Position numbers and translations under genes: made by a program. A stretch of DNA of 63,962 bases, the filler included, from an uncultured bacterium (GTDB lineage: Bacteria > CAZDME01 > JAYEMH01), in assembly GCA_964506785.1 (NCBI GenBank). It is 3 parts of 3 records of this genome, joined end to end, with 100 filler letters (N's around TTAATTAATTAA, not from the genome) between each part and the next. Parts side by side here need not be neighbours in the genome. Positions count along the whole stretch, not along the records: positions 1 to 31,470 come from CAZDME010000011.1; 2 more parts are not named here. One strand, written 5' to 3'. The notes beneath the pieces are model-generated. The model was not told the origin of the DNA and made no database searches. It saw nothing but the letters and a program-made list of their open reading frames with translations. Positions 1 through 7,927 of the stretch are shown in pieces; the first letter of the stretch is position 1; the number at the start of each line of letters is the position of its first letter.

Positions 1-45
1 TTCTATCTGATAGGTGTTTAAGGCTCTTTACTGAAGGAAGAAAAA

Positions 46-882
46 ATGCAGAAATACATTGAAAAAGTAGAAATTTTGATTGAAGCCCTGCCTTATATAA
101 AAGAGTTCCATGGGAAAAAGGTTGTGGTTAAATACGGAGGCAGCACCCTGGCTCTTGAAGGGATAAAAAGAAGCATTATGCATGACCTTATTTTTATGCA
201 TACGGTGGGGATACTACCCATTTTGGTTCATGGAGGAGGCCCATTTATTAGCGAAAGGCTTAAAGAGATTGGTAAAAAGGTTGATTTCATCGACGGTATG
301 CGGGTGACTGATAAAGAGTCTCTGGCAGTGGTTGAAGAAGTGCTTTTAAAGAAGGTAAATCAGGGATTAGTTGATTTGATAAAGGACTTAGGCGGTAAAG
401 CCGAAAGGATGAACGGGAAAAATTTTATCCAGGCTTCTATTTACAGTAAGGATTTAGGTTTAGTCGGCAACGTTAAAAAAATTAATTCAGAAGGTGTAAC
501 AAAGAAAAAAAGTTTGATCCCGGTGATCGCTCCTTTAGGCGGTTCTAAAGGTCAAACTTTAAATCTTAATGCTGATATGGTCGCCGGTGAATTGGCCGTG
601 GCGCTCAAGGCGGAAAAATTAGTAATATTAACTGATGTGAAAGGGATTATGCGTAATGCCGAAGATGCCACTTCTCTTATCTCTACCTTGAGGGTTGATG
701 AAGTAGACGATTTAATAAAGGATAATATTATTAATCAAGGAATGATTCCCAAGGTGAAAGCCTGCATGCTGGCCATTAAAGGCGGCGTGAGAAAAGCTCA
801 TATTGTCGATGGACGGCTGCCGCACTCTATACTCTTAGAGATTTTTACTGATAAAGGAGTTGGGACAGAAATTGTTTCCTGA
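46..882 (+). CDS. argB: Acetylglutamate kinase
   Basis: LIEALPYI...VVKYGGS, VHGGGP, GMRVTD, NLNAD, GMIPKV, LLEIFTDKGVGT motifs of N-acetylglutamate kinase. Confidence 0.97.
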   Translation: MQKYIEKVEILIEALPYIKEFHGKKVVVKYGGSTLALEGIKRSIMHDLIFMHTVGILPILVHGGGPFISERLKEIGKKVDFIDGMRVTDKESLAVVEEVLLKKVNQGLVDLIKDLGGKAERMNGKNFIQASIYSKDLGLVGNVKKINSEGVTKKKSLIPVIAPLGGSKGQTLNLNADMVAGELAVALKAEKLVILTDVKGIMRNAEDATSLISTLRVDEVDDLIKDNIINQGMIPKVKACMLAIKGGVRKAHIVDGRLPHSILLEIFTDKGVGTEIVS

Positions 883-889
883 GAAGTTC

Positions 890-1014
890 ACCCGGTTAGA
901 AATTCCATAGATAGGCTATGCTTAATCGTGATGCACACAAAGGCAGAAAAAGACTGTGTTCAGGAGGGGAAAAAACTTTACGGTCGCCTAAGGGCGACCT
1001 ATTTCTAACGGGGT
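890..1014. mobile_element. MITE-like element (125 bp) with ACCCCGTTAGAAAT-type terminal inverted repeats, copy 1
   Basis: Left ACCCGGTTAGAAAT (890-903) and right ATTTCTAACGGGGT (1001-1014) pair at 13/14; subterminal hairpin GGTCGCC-TAAG-GGCGACC; related to 32681-32802. Confidence 0.7.
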
Positions 1015-1889
1015 TAGCCAGCCGGCGCCTGGTCAGGGAGATTTTAGAGAGAAACCACTTAAGTTTAAAAAAACGCCTGGGGCAGAATTTTTTAGTTGAT
1101 AGAAATGTTTTAGATAGAATCCTGGATTCAGCTGAACTTACTCCGGAAGATTTAGTTATTGAAATTGGCGCGGGCCTGGGTACCTTAACCCGAATTATTG
1201 CCCGGCGGGTGAAAAAACTCTGGGCGATTGAAATTGACCGGGGTTTGGTTAAGGTTTTAAAAGAAGCGGTCGATTCTTTCTCCAATGTTAAGATTATTCA
1301 CGCCGATGTCTTAAAAATAAAATTTAGCCGGTTTATCATTCAGGAATTCGGCCGCATCCGGGCGAATTTAACAAAACGAATCAAAATTATTGGTAACATC
1401 CCTTATTCAATAAGCTCTACTTTAGTTAGAAAGATACTGGAGGAAGAGCCGTTATTTCAGGAAGCCTGGCTGCTTTTACCGGAGGATGTGGTCAAGCGAA
1501 TGAAGGCTTTACCCGGGACTAAAGCCTATGGGTCTTTTTCGATTTTAGTTAACTTCTACGCCAAGGTTAAGTCAATCAGGAAAGTTTCGCCTAGAGTTTT
1601 TTTTCCGGTTCCCAAAGTGCCCTCTGTCTTGGTCAAATTAGAGAAAAAAAAGGGAAAAAAGGCCGGGCCAAAGGATAAGGCGCTTTTTTTTAAGCTGATC
1701 CGCGCCTCTTTTGCCAAAAGGCGGAAGAAATTATCCAATGCCCTGAAGCCTTTTTTAAAGGGAGAGTTGGATTCTTCTAAAATTCAAAAGGCTTCTCAGA
1801 TTGATTTAAATCGCCGGGGAGAAACCCTGAGTCTGGATGAATTTGTAAAATTAGCTGATTGTCTGAGGGAATTATCCAAAACTAATTAA
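918..1889 (+). CDS. rsmA: 16S rRNA adenine dimethyltransferase RsmA/KsgA (first ~32 codons lie inside the repeat element)
   Basis: KKRLGQNFL, IEIGAGLGTLT, GNIPYSIS, FFPVPKVPS, RRGETLSLDEF motifs. Confidence 0.95.
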   Translation: MLNRDAHKGRKRLCSGGEKTLRSPKGDLFLTGLASRRLVREILERNHLSLKKRLGQNFLVDRNVLDRILDSAELTPEDLVIEIGAGLGTLTRIIARRVKKLWAIEIDRGLVKVLKEAVDSFSNVKIIHADVLKIKFSRFIIQEFGRIRANLTKRIKIIGNIPYSISSTLVRKILEEEPLFQEAWLLLPEDVVKRMKALPGTKAYGSFSILVNFYAKVKSIRKVSPRVFFPVPKVPSVLVKLEKKKGKKAGPKDKALFFKLIRASFAKRRKKLSNALKPFLKGELDSSKIQKASQIDLNRRGETLSLDEFVKLADCLRELSKTN

Positions 1890-1898
1890 AAGGAACGA

Positions 1899-2198
1899 AT
1901 GATGGCAAAAATTACTAAAAAAGATGTTGAATATGTGGCTAAGCTGGCGAGGCTGGAACTTAAGGAAAAAGAAAAAGAGAAATTTACCAAACAGTTGGAT
2001 AAAATATTGAAATTTATGGATAAGTTAAACGAGCTGGACACTAAAGACATAAAACCGCTGGCGCATATTTTGCCTTTAAAGAATGTCTGGCGGGAAGATA
2101 AGAAGAAAAAATCTTTAACGCGGGGGCAGCTTTTATCGAATGCCCCGGAGGTTGACAAAGAGGGAAAATTTTTCAAAGTTCCCAAAGTGATTGAATAA
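1899..2198 (+). CDS. gatC: Asp/Glu-tRNA amidotransferase subunit C
   Basis: ITKKDVEYVAKLARLEL...LNELDT...NVWRED...LSNAP...FFKVPKVIE. Confidence 0.95.
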   Translation: MMAKITKKDVEYVAKLARLELKEKEKEKFTKQLDKILKFMDKLNELDTKDIKPLAHILPLKNVWREDKKKKSLTRGQLLSNAPEVDKEGKFFKVPKVIE

Positions 2199-2317
2199 AG
2201 TGGGGTTTTGATTCGCAAGAGAAGCTCACTATTTAGGGGTTTAAGCGGGCGCGAGGGAAAACCCGAGCAGGACCCGCCAAAGTCATTGTAAATAGCGTTT
2301 AATATTGGCTAATTCGG

Positions 2318-2668
2318 ATGAAAGAAAATAAAACTGAGATTTCCAAAGAAATCAAAGAATTTAAAAGTTCCTTAGAGAAGATTCGCCGGGAAGAACTTTT
2401 GGCCGAAGAGCAATTAACTAAAGCCATCCTTCAGGCTAAAGAGACTATTCTCCGCGCCAGGGAAAAAAGTGAAGCTTTGATTGAGGAAAAGAAAATCGAA
2501 GGGAAAGAAGAGGCCTCATTACTGCTTAAAAAGGCAGAGGATGAAACTGGAGCCCGTTCAGAAGAATTAAGGCGGGAGGGAGAAAAAAGAAAAAAAGGAC
2601 TGGCCCAAAAAGCCCGTCCGAATATGGATAAAGCGATAGAGTCGGTGATTAAGGAAATTATGGAGTAA
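2318..2668 (+). CDS. V/A-type ATPase peripheral stalk subunit G/H
   Basis: 116-aa E/K-rich coiled coil ending N-M-D-K-A-I-E-S-V-I, immediately upstream of subunit I. Confidence 0.75.
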   Translation: MKENKTEISKEIKEFKSSLEKIRREELLAEEQLTKAILQAKETILRAREKSEALIEEKKIEGKEEASLLLKKAEDETGARSEELRREGEKRKKGLAQKARPNMDKAIESVIKEIME

Positions 2669-2675
2669 AAAGTAG

Positions 2676-4661
2676 ATGGCAATTGCGGAGATGAAAAAAA
2701 TTCATTTGGTTGGGCACCAGCATATTGAAAACCGGGTGACCCAGCTGCTCCATCACTTAGGAGTAACGCAGATTATAGATATCAGGGAAGAAAATGAAGA
2801 ACTTAGGCCGGAATCTTCCGGGGAAGAAAAAAAATTAGAAGAAAGGCTCGCCCAGATAAATAGAATCCTCGCATTTTTAAGCCAATACGAAAAGAGTAGT
2901 TTCGTAAAAGGCCTCTGGGACAGTTTCTTCCCGGCAAAGGCATATTTTGCCAAGGAAGAGGCACGTCATATTTTGCGGAGTTTCTCAGAATTAGAAGCGT
3001 ATCATGACTTTAAAGCTTTAGACGAAAAAATAGAATTAATTAAAATAAAACGGGGGGAGTTGGAAGAAGAGAAAAAAAATCTTCTTGGATATTTTCGATT
3101 TCCTCTGGCAAAAAAGGATTTGGCCCCGACTAAAGAAACCGGGATAATCTGGGGGGTAATTCCCAAAAAAAGTTTTCTTAAAATCGGACCGGTTTTAAAT
3201 AAGAAATTTAAAAAAATATGGGTTAAAACTTTCCAGGCGACAGGGAAAAATTTATTTCTGATAGTCGTTTTCCTAAAGGATAGGCACGAGGATATAAGCG
3301 AATTTTTACGTAGTTCAAATTTCCAATTTGGGAATTTTTCTAGAAGCCAGGTGGGGACTCCTCAGGAACGGCTTGAAGAAATTGCCCGAGAAAAAGAATC
3401 TTTAGGATTAGAGGAAGAAAAGATAAACAAAGATATAGGGCGTCTTCTTTCCCAAAAAGCCAAACTTCTTCTTCTTCACGATACTATCTCCAGCCGCCTT
3501 GAACAAAGGTATATAAGCCGGAGTTTTTCGCAAACCAGGGCAACCTTTATTCTGGAGGGATGGGTAAAGGAAAGTGAGTTAAAAATCCTCAAGGAGAAAT
3601 TAATTAAAATTTTCCCGGAATTAGAAATAGTTGTCAGCTCACCTCTGGCTGATGCCCAGCCGCCGATTGCCTTTCAAAATCGTTCCTGGATTAAACCCTT
3701 TGAATTTATTACCCGCCTCTATGGAGCTCCGGCTTACCGCAGCTTTGACCCTACGCCCTTTTTGATGCCATTTTTTGCTCTTTTCTTCAGTTTGTGTATC
3801 AGCGATGCGGGATACGGGTTGATTTTACTGCTTTTGGGCTGGTGGCTATTAAAGAAAGTAAAGCTGGAAAGAGGGCAGAAAATAATTTTTAGGGTTTTGC
3901 TCCTCTCCGGTTTTCTCGCCATTATAGTCGGAGTAATAACAGGCAGTATTTTTTGTCTTGACTTTGAACAGCTGCCTCTTTGGCTTGGATTCCTTAAAGG
4001 ATTTCGGAACAAACTCATGATTTTCGATCCGTTAGAGAATATTATGCTTTTTTTGGGTATCTGTCTGGGGCTGGGTTTAGTGCAGATTTATTTCGGCATC
4101 TTATTGAAGGTAATCCTCCAGCTAAAAAGGAAAAGGATAATTGAAGCCCTTTTTCAGGAACTTCCCTGGCTCTTTTTAATTTCGGGTTTAATCCTTTGGG
4201 CAGCTGTATCTATGGGCGGATTAAAGGATTCACTATTGCCTCTGGCTAAAATTTCTACTTCCGGCGGAGCGGTTATTTTGTTCCTTTTTGCCGGCCGGGG
4301 GACAAAAAACATATTTTTGCGTCTGGGGAAAGGTCTCTTTACCCTTTATGGAACGGTGGGGATGCTGGGAGATATCCTCTCTTATACCCGGCTTTTAGCC
4401 CTTAGTTTAGCTACGGTGGTTATCGGCCTGGCCGTCAATGTTATTGCTGCTTTATTTTCCAGAGTACCTTTTATCGGCATTCTTTTAGGGTTAGCCGTGG
4501 TTATTTTTGGACACGGTTTTAATCTTTTCATTAACAGCTTGAGCGGATTTGCTCATACTTTACGCCTGCAGTTCGTCGAGTTTTTTACCAAGTTTTACGA
4601 AGGCGGCGGAGAATTCTTCCAGCCTTTCCAGATGGAGAATAAATTTACCAGGGTGGAGTGA
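2676..4661 (+). CDS. ntpI: V/A-type ATPase subunit I (a)
   Basis: MAIAEMKK start, LEGWV, PFEFITRLYGAPAY..DPTP, SDAGYG, GDILSYTRLLAL (essential Arg), HTLRLQFVEFFTKFYEGGG. Confidence 0.96.
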   Translation: MAIAEMKKIHLVGHQHIENRVTQLLHHLGVTQIIDIREENEELRPESSGEEKKLEERLAQINRILAFLSQYEKSSFVKGLWDSFFPAKAYFAKEEARHILRSFSELEAYHDFKALDEKIELIKIKRGELEEEKKNLLGYFRFPLAKKDLAPTKETGIIWGVIPKKSFLKIGPVLNKKFKKIWVKTFQATGKNLFLIVVFLKDRHEDISEFLRSSNFQFGNFSRSQVGTPQERLEEIAREKESLGLEEEKINKDIGRLLSQKAKLLLLHDTISSRLEQRYISRSFSQTRATFILEGWVKESELKILKEKLIKIFPELEIVVSSPLADAQPPIAFQNRSWIKPFEFITRLYGAPAYRSFDPTPFLMPFFALFFSLCISDAGYGLILLLLGWWLLKKVKLERGQKIIFRVLLLSGFLAIIVGVITGSIFCLDFEQLPLWLGFLKGFRNKLMIFDPLENIMLFLGICLGLGLVQIYFGILLKVILQLKRKRIIEALFQELPWLFLISGLILWAAVSMGGLKDSLLPLAKISTSGGAVILFLFAGRGTKNIFLRLGKGLFTLYGTVGMLGDILSYTRLLALSLATVVIGLAVNVIAALFSRVPFIGILLGLAVVIFGHGFNLFINSLSGFAHTLRLQFVEFFTKFYEGGGEFFQPFQMENKFTRVE

Positions 4662-4662
4662 G

Positions 4663-5058
4663 TTGAGAAAGGGAGAAAAAGGGTTTTATCTTTTAGAATT
4701 ATTAGTGGCTATTTTACTTTTTGCCATTGTCATTACAGCCGTTTTACAGAGTATCATAGTCAGTAACAACTGGCTGCATAACCTTTGCAATCGAACCAGC
4801 GCCTTTGCTTTGGCTCAGGAGAAAATGGAAGAGGTTTTGAGTGGTTCCTATATCCAGATTATCCCGGAAAATTATCCGATAGATCATCCGGTTATTACCT
4901 TTGCCAACCCAGAATTTCCTGATAATGATTTAGTCGGAACCAGGGAAGTAACCATTATTCCCTTTGAGTCATATAAGGAAGTGGCGGTAAATATCAGCTG
5001 GCAGGAAAAGGGAAGAGAAGAATCCGAATCTATCTATTCTCTGGTTTCAGTAAGGTGA
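4663..5058 (+). CDS. Type IV pilin-like protein (PilV/GspI-like minor pilin)
   Basis: Probable TTG start at 4663, 1 nt after the ntpI stop; class III signal RKGEKG|FYLLELLVAILL (G-1, F+1, E+5); A-x-x-L-A-Q-E-K-M-E-E helix; V-x-V-x-I-S-W C-terminus. Confidence 0.85.
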   Translation: MRKGEKGFYLLELLVAILLFAIVITAVLQSIIVSNNWLHNLCNRTSAFALAQEKMEEVLSGSYIQIIPENYPIDHPVITFANPEFPDNDLVGTREVTIIPFESYKEVAVNISWQEKGREESESIYSLVSVR

Positions 5059-5064
5059 GAGAAC

Positions 5065-5125
5065 AGGTTACCAGGTGAAAGGTGATAGGTAATAGGGAAA
5101 AACCGATAAACTTTAACTGGTGACC
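5065..5125 (+). repeat. 7-nt-period AGGT repeat forming an imperfect hairpin
   Basis: AGGTTACC-AGGTGAA-AGGTGAT-AGGTAAT-AGGGAAA; GGTTACCAG (5066-5074) pairs with CTGGTGACC (5117-5125). Confidence 0.65.
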
Positions 5126-5138
5126 CGGGACGAAATCT

Positions 5139-5654
5139 ATGCTTAGAAAAAAAGGATTAACCCTGGTTGAACTAATGGTCGTTTTAGTCCTGATCATTTC
5201 TGTTATCGGGGTGTTCCTTGCCAGTTATATATTGGCTGAGACTTCCTGGCAGGCTACTGCCGCCCGGTTGGTAGTTCAGCGTCACGCAGAAATTGCTTTT
5301 GAAAAAACAACCCGGGCTTTACGAAAAAGCCGGAATCCCATAATTGAAGACGCCGGGGATTCTATCAGCTTTCAAAATATTGTTGGCACTGAATCAAAAA
5401 TTTATCTGCAACCCAGCGGAGAAACAATTAACGGGAAGCCGGTATATAACCTTATTTTTGACGACGATACCAGTTCTCCCGGGGATGAAAGAATAATTGC
5501 CCGTTCGCTTCTCAAGCAGGACGGATTTAATTTTTTTACTGCTGACGGAGACGATATTAAAAAAATTTTTATTGCCTATCGGGTCAGCGATACCAACCCT
5601 CGCGATGGATTTCAGATACTTGACCTTTATACGATGGTTAAAACGAGGAATTAA
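5139..5654 (+). CDS. Type IV pilin-like protein (PilW/GspJ-like minor pilin)
   Basis: MLRKKG|LTLVELMVVLVLII prepilin cleavage/N-methylation motif; ends at V-K-T-R-N. Confidence 0.87.
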   Translation: MLRKKGLTLVELMVVLVLIISVIGVFLASYILAETSWQATAARLVVQRHAEIAFEKTTRALRKSRNPIIEDAGDSISFQNIVGTESKIYLQPSGETINGKPVYNLIFDDDTSSPGDERIIARSLLKQDGFNFFTADGDDIKKIFIAYRVSDTNPRDGFQILDLYTMVKTRN

Positions 5655-6935
5655 ATGGGGATAAAAATGAAGGGGGCTGGCAGAAAGGCAATTTCTAAAA
5701 AAGGCAATGTTATGATTATTGGAATTCTCTTTGTAGTTATTGTGATAATCAGCCTCATTGGCCTTTTGACTTTAGTCAGTAACGAGATGGATATGACCCG
5801 AAAAATGAACGATTCCGCCCGGGCCCTTTATATTGCTGAAGGCGGCGTTAATCGGGCGAAAGTTTGGCTGACTTCGCAAGCTTACCCACCCATAGGGATA
5901 GAGCCTTTTGAAATATTTACCGATGAAAATTTAGGCACGGGAAACTATAGCGTCGTTATTGATCCTGAAGATGGCAATCCGGGACGCTGGATTAAGCAAT
6001 ATGGACTTCTTTCTACCGGCAAGATTCTGGCAACTGAGGTTTCACGTTTGGTTAAAGTGATTTTACAGACAGAAACCTTTGCCAGTTTTGCCTATTTCAC
6101 TGATAATGAATATAACCCTAATGTCGGAGCAAAGATTTGGTTTGTTGGCTGGGATGTTTTAGACGGGCCGACACATTCAAACAGTCAAATCAACATTTAT
6201 GGCAGCCCGACGTTTAAAGGACTGGTTAGCTCGACCGCCGATTCCTTTTATTATTATCACGGCGGGCCGCCAGAAGATAACCCTGATTTCCAGCAAGGAT
6301 ATACGCTGGGAATAGAAAATATTGAGATGCCGACGAGCACAGAAAACCTTAAAGAGACTGCTCAATCCGGAGGGGTAGTTGTCAGCGGCGACAGCACCGT
6401 AGTTTTGAATAGTAACGGCACCGTCAGTTATAGTGAAGAAGGCCAGTGGTACGAATTTAATCTCGAAGAGACTAACGGTGTAATGTACGTAAATGGCAGC
6501 GCTTTTGTTCAAGGGACCTTAAAAGGGGCTTTAACTTTGATTAGTTCAGATGATATGTATGTTACCGATGATGTTCGCTATTCGACTGACCCCGGGGATC
6601 CATCTTGTGATGACCGTCTGGGTTTAATCTCTGATAAAAATGTAGTCATTCCCTATACGGCCCCGAATGATTTGGAGATTGATGCGGCCATTATGGCTTT
6701 AGACAGCTCTCTTTATTTTCAGTACTACCCCTATTATATGAAAGGAACCTTAACTGTTTATGGCGGTATTATTCAGGAATATCGGGGCCCGGTGGGGACT
6801 TTTTATGCATCCTCAGGGACCAAAGCCAGCGGCTATAATAAAGATTATAGCTATGATTACCGTTTTTTAGATACCCCGCCGCCCTATTTCCCAGGAACAG
6901 AACGTTATTCGCAGATTAGTTGGTGGGAAGAATAA
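5655..6935 (+). CDS. PilX-like pilus assembly protein with large C-terminal domain (DUF4900-like)
   Basis: SKKG|NVMIIG hydrophobic helix without E5, ARALYIAEGGV (PilX-N signature); C-terminal FAYFTDNE, GPTHSN, GTLTVYGGIIQ, GYNKDYSYDYRF..PPPYFP. Confidence 0.8.
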   Translation: MGIKMKGAGRKAISKKGNVMIIGILFVVIVIISLIGLLTLVSNEMDMTRKMNDSARALYIAEGGVNRAKVWLTSQAYPPIGIEPFEIFTDENLGTGNYSVVIDPEDGNPGRWIKQYGLLSTGKILATEVSRLVKVILQTETFASFAYFTDNEYNPNVGAKIWFVGWDVLDGPTHSNSQINIYGSPTFKGLVSSTADSFYYYHGGPPEDNPDFQQGYTLGIENIEMPTSTENLKETAQSGGVVVSGDSTVVLNSNGTVSYSEEGQWYEFNLEETNGVMYVNGSAFVQGTLKGALTLISSDDMYVTDDVRYSTDPGDPSCDDRLGLISDKNVVIPYTAPNDLEIDAAIMALDSSLYFQYYPYYMKGTLTVYGGIIQEYRGPVGTFYASSGTKASGYNKDYSYDYRFLDTPPPYFPGTERYSQISWWEE

Positions 6936-7007
6936 ATGTTCCCTGTTTTGTGGGGACAGGGTAGAATATTGGAGAAGGAAACGAGAGGAGAGATAGGAAA
7001 AGCTGTC

Positions 7008-7379
7008 ATGAGAAGGAAGGTAACCAGAACCCTTATTACCATTGAATTAATTATCCTCATCTTGGCCATAATCGGGCTGGCTTGGCTATTTATTATTTTC
7101 AGGGTTCCCCAGGAAATTGGAGAGGTTATAGAAGATGAATCCAAAGAAATGGTGGGGATAGAGGAGGTTTTAACCGAACCCCAAAAAGGGGAAAAAGAGA
7201 TAATAAGAGTTTTTCCTGAGGGAGATAAGATTATAGATAAAATAAAGATTCCGCCTCCCAAAGGTTTCCCACAGACACCCGAAGAAGAAAAGAAGTTTAT
7301 GGAAAAACTTAAGAATCCCCCCGAACCAAAAAAAGGGGAAGAAGTAAAGATTAAAGGAGAATCAGCTATCGCATTTTAG
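7008..7379 (+). CDS. Single-TM membrane protein with degenerate pilin-like N-terminus
   Basis: MRRKVTRT|LITIELIILILAII (basic leader, E at +5, hydrophobic helix, but Thr at -1), followed by an E/K/P-rich tail; ATG at 7008. Confidence 0.6.
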   Translation: MRRKVTRTLITIELIILILAIIGLAWLFIIFRVPQEIGEVIEDESKEMVGIEEVLTEPQKGEKEIIRVFPEGDKIIDKIKIPPPKGFPQTPEEEKKFMEKLKNPPEPKKGEEVKIKGESAIAF

Positions 7380-7419
7380 CTGTTTTAAAAAAGGAGAACA
7401 GGCAAGAAGGGAGGAAGAA

Positions 7420-7890
7420 ATGTTTGGAATTGCTTTATCTATTTTTGGGGCCGCTTTGGCCGTAGCTTTATCGGGTATTGGTTCCAGTATCGGTGTCGGG
7501 TTAACCGGACAGGTTTCAAGCGGGGTGATGAGCGAAGACCCCAAATCTTTCGGGAAGCTCCTTCTATTAAACGTTTTACCGGCCACTCAGGGTGTCTATG
7601 GCGCAATTGTGGCCTTTCTAGTCATGTTGAAAATTGGTTTTCTGGGAGGAGAATCAGTAAGCCTGACTAATATTCAGGGGTTACAGATTTTTCTCGCTTG
7701 CCTACCCATAGCTTTAGCCGGATTGTTTTCGGCCGTCCATCAGGGGAAAGTTTGTGCCTCCGGAATAAGAATGGTTTCTAAACAGCCCCAGGAAGTAGGT
7801 AAAGCCCTGGTCATCGGGGTCTTAGTCGAATTTTATGCCATCTTGGGACTATTGGTTTCGATTTTATTCCTTTTTAATATGCAGCTCTGA
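7420..7890 (+). CDS. ntpK: V/A-type ATPase proteolipid subunit K (4-TM, Na+-binding signature)
   Basis: GIGSSIGVG, LPATQGVYG, HQGKVCASG, VEFYAILG; strong RBS GGAGG. Confidence 0.96.
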   Translation: MFGIALSIFGAALAVALSGIGSSIGVGLTGQVSSGVMSEDPKSFGKLLLLNVLPATQGVYGAIVAFLVMLKIGFLGGESVSLTNIQGLQIFLACLPIALAGLFSAVHQGKVCASGIRMVSKQPQEVGKALVIGVLVEFYAILGLLVSILFLFNMQL

Positions 7891-7927
7891 ATCAAAAAGT
7901 AGAAAGTGTCCCCTATTTGGAGAAAAA

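Noticed and set aside
4028-4040. TCCGTTAGAGAAT in ntpI and TCTAACGGTA in msbA (48001) resembling the element terminus
   Set aside because: Single arms inside ordinary coding sequence (DPLEN, ATVRR) with no partner arm; probably chance.
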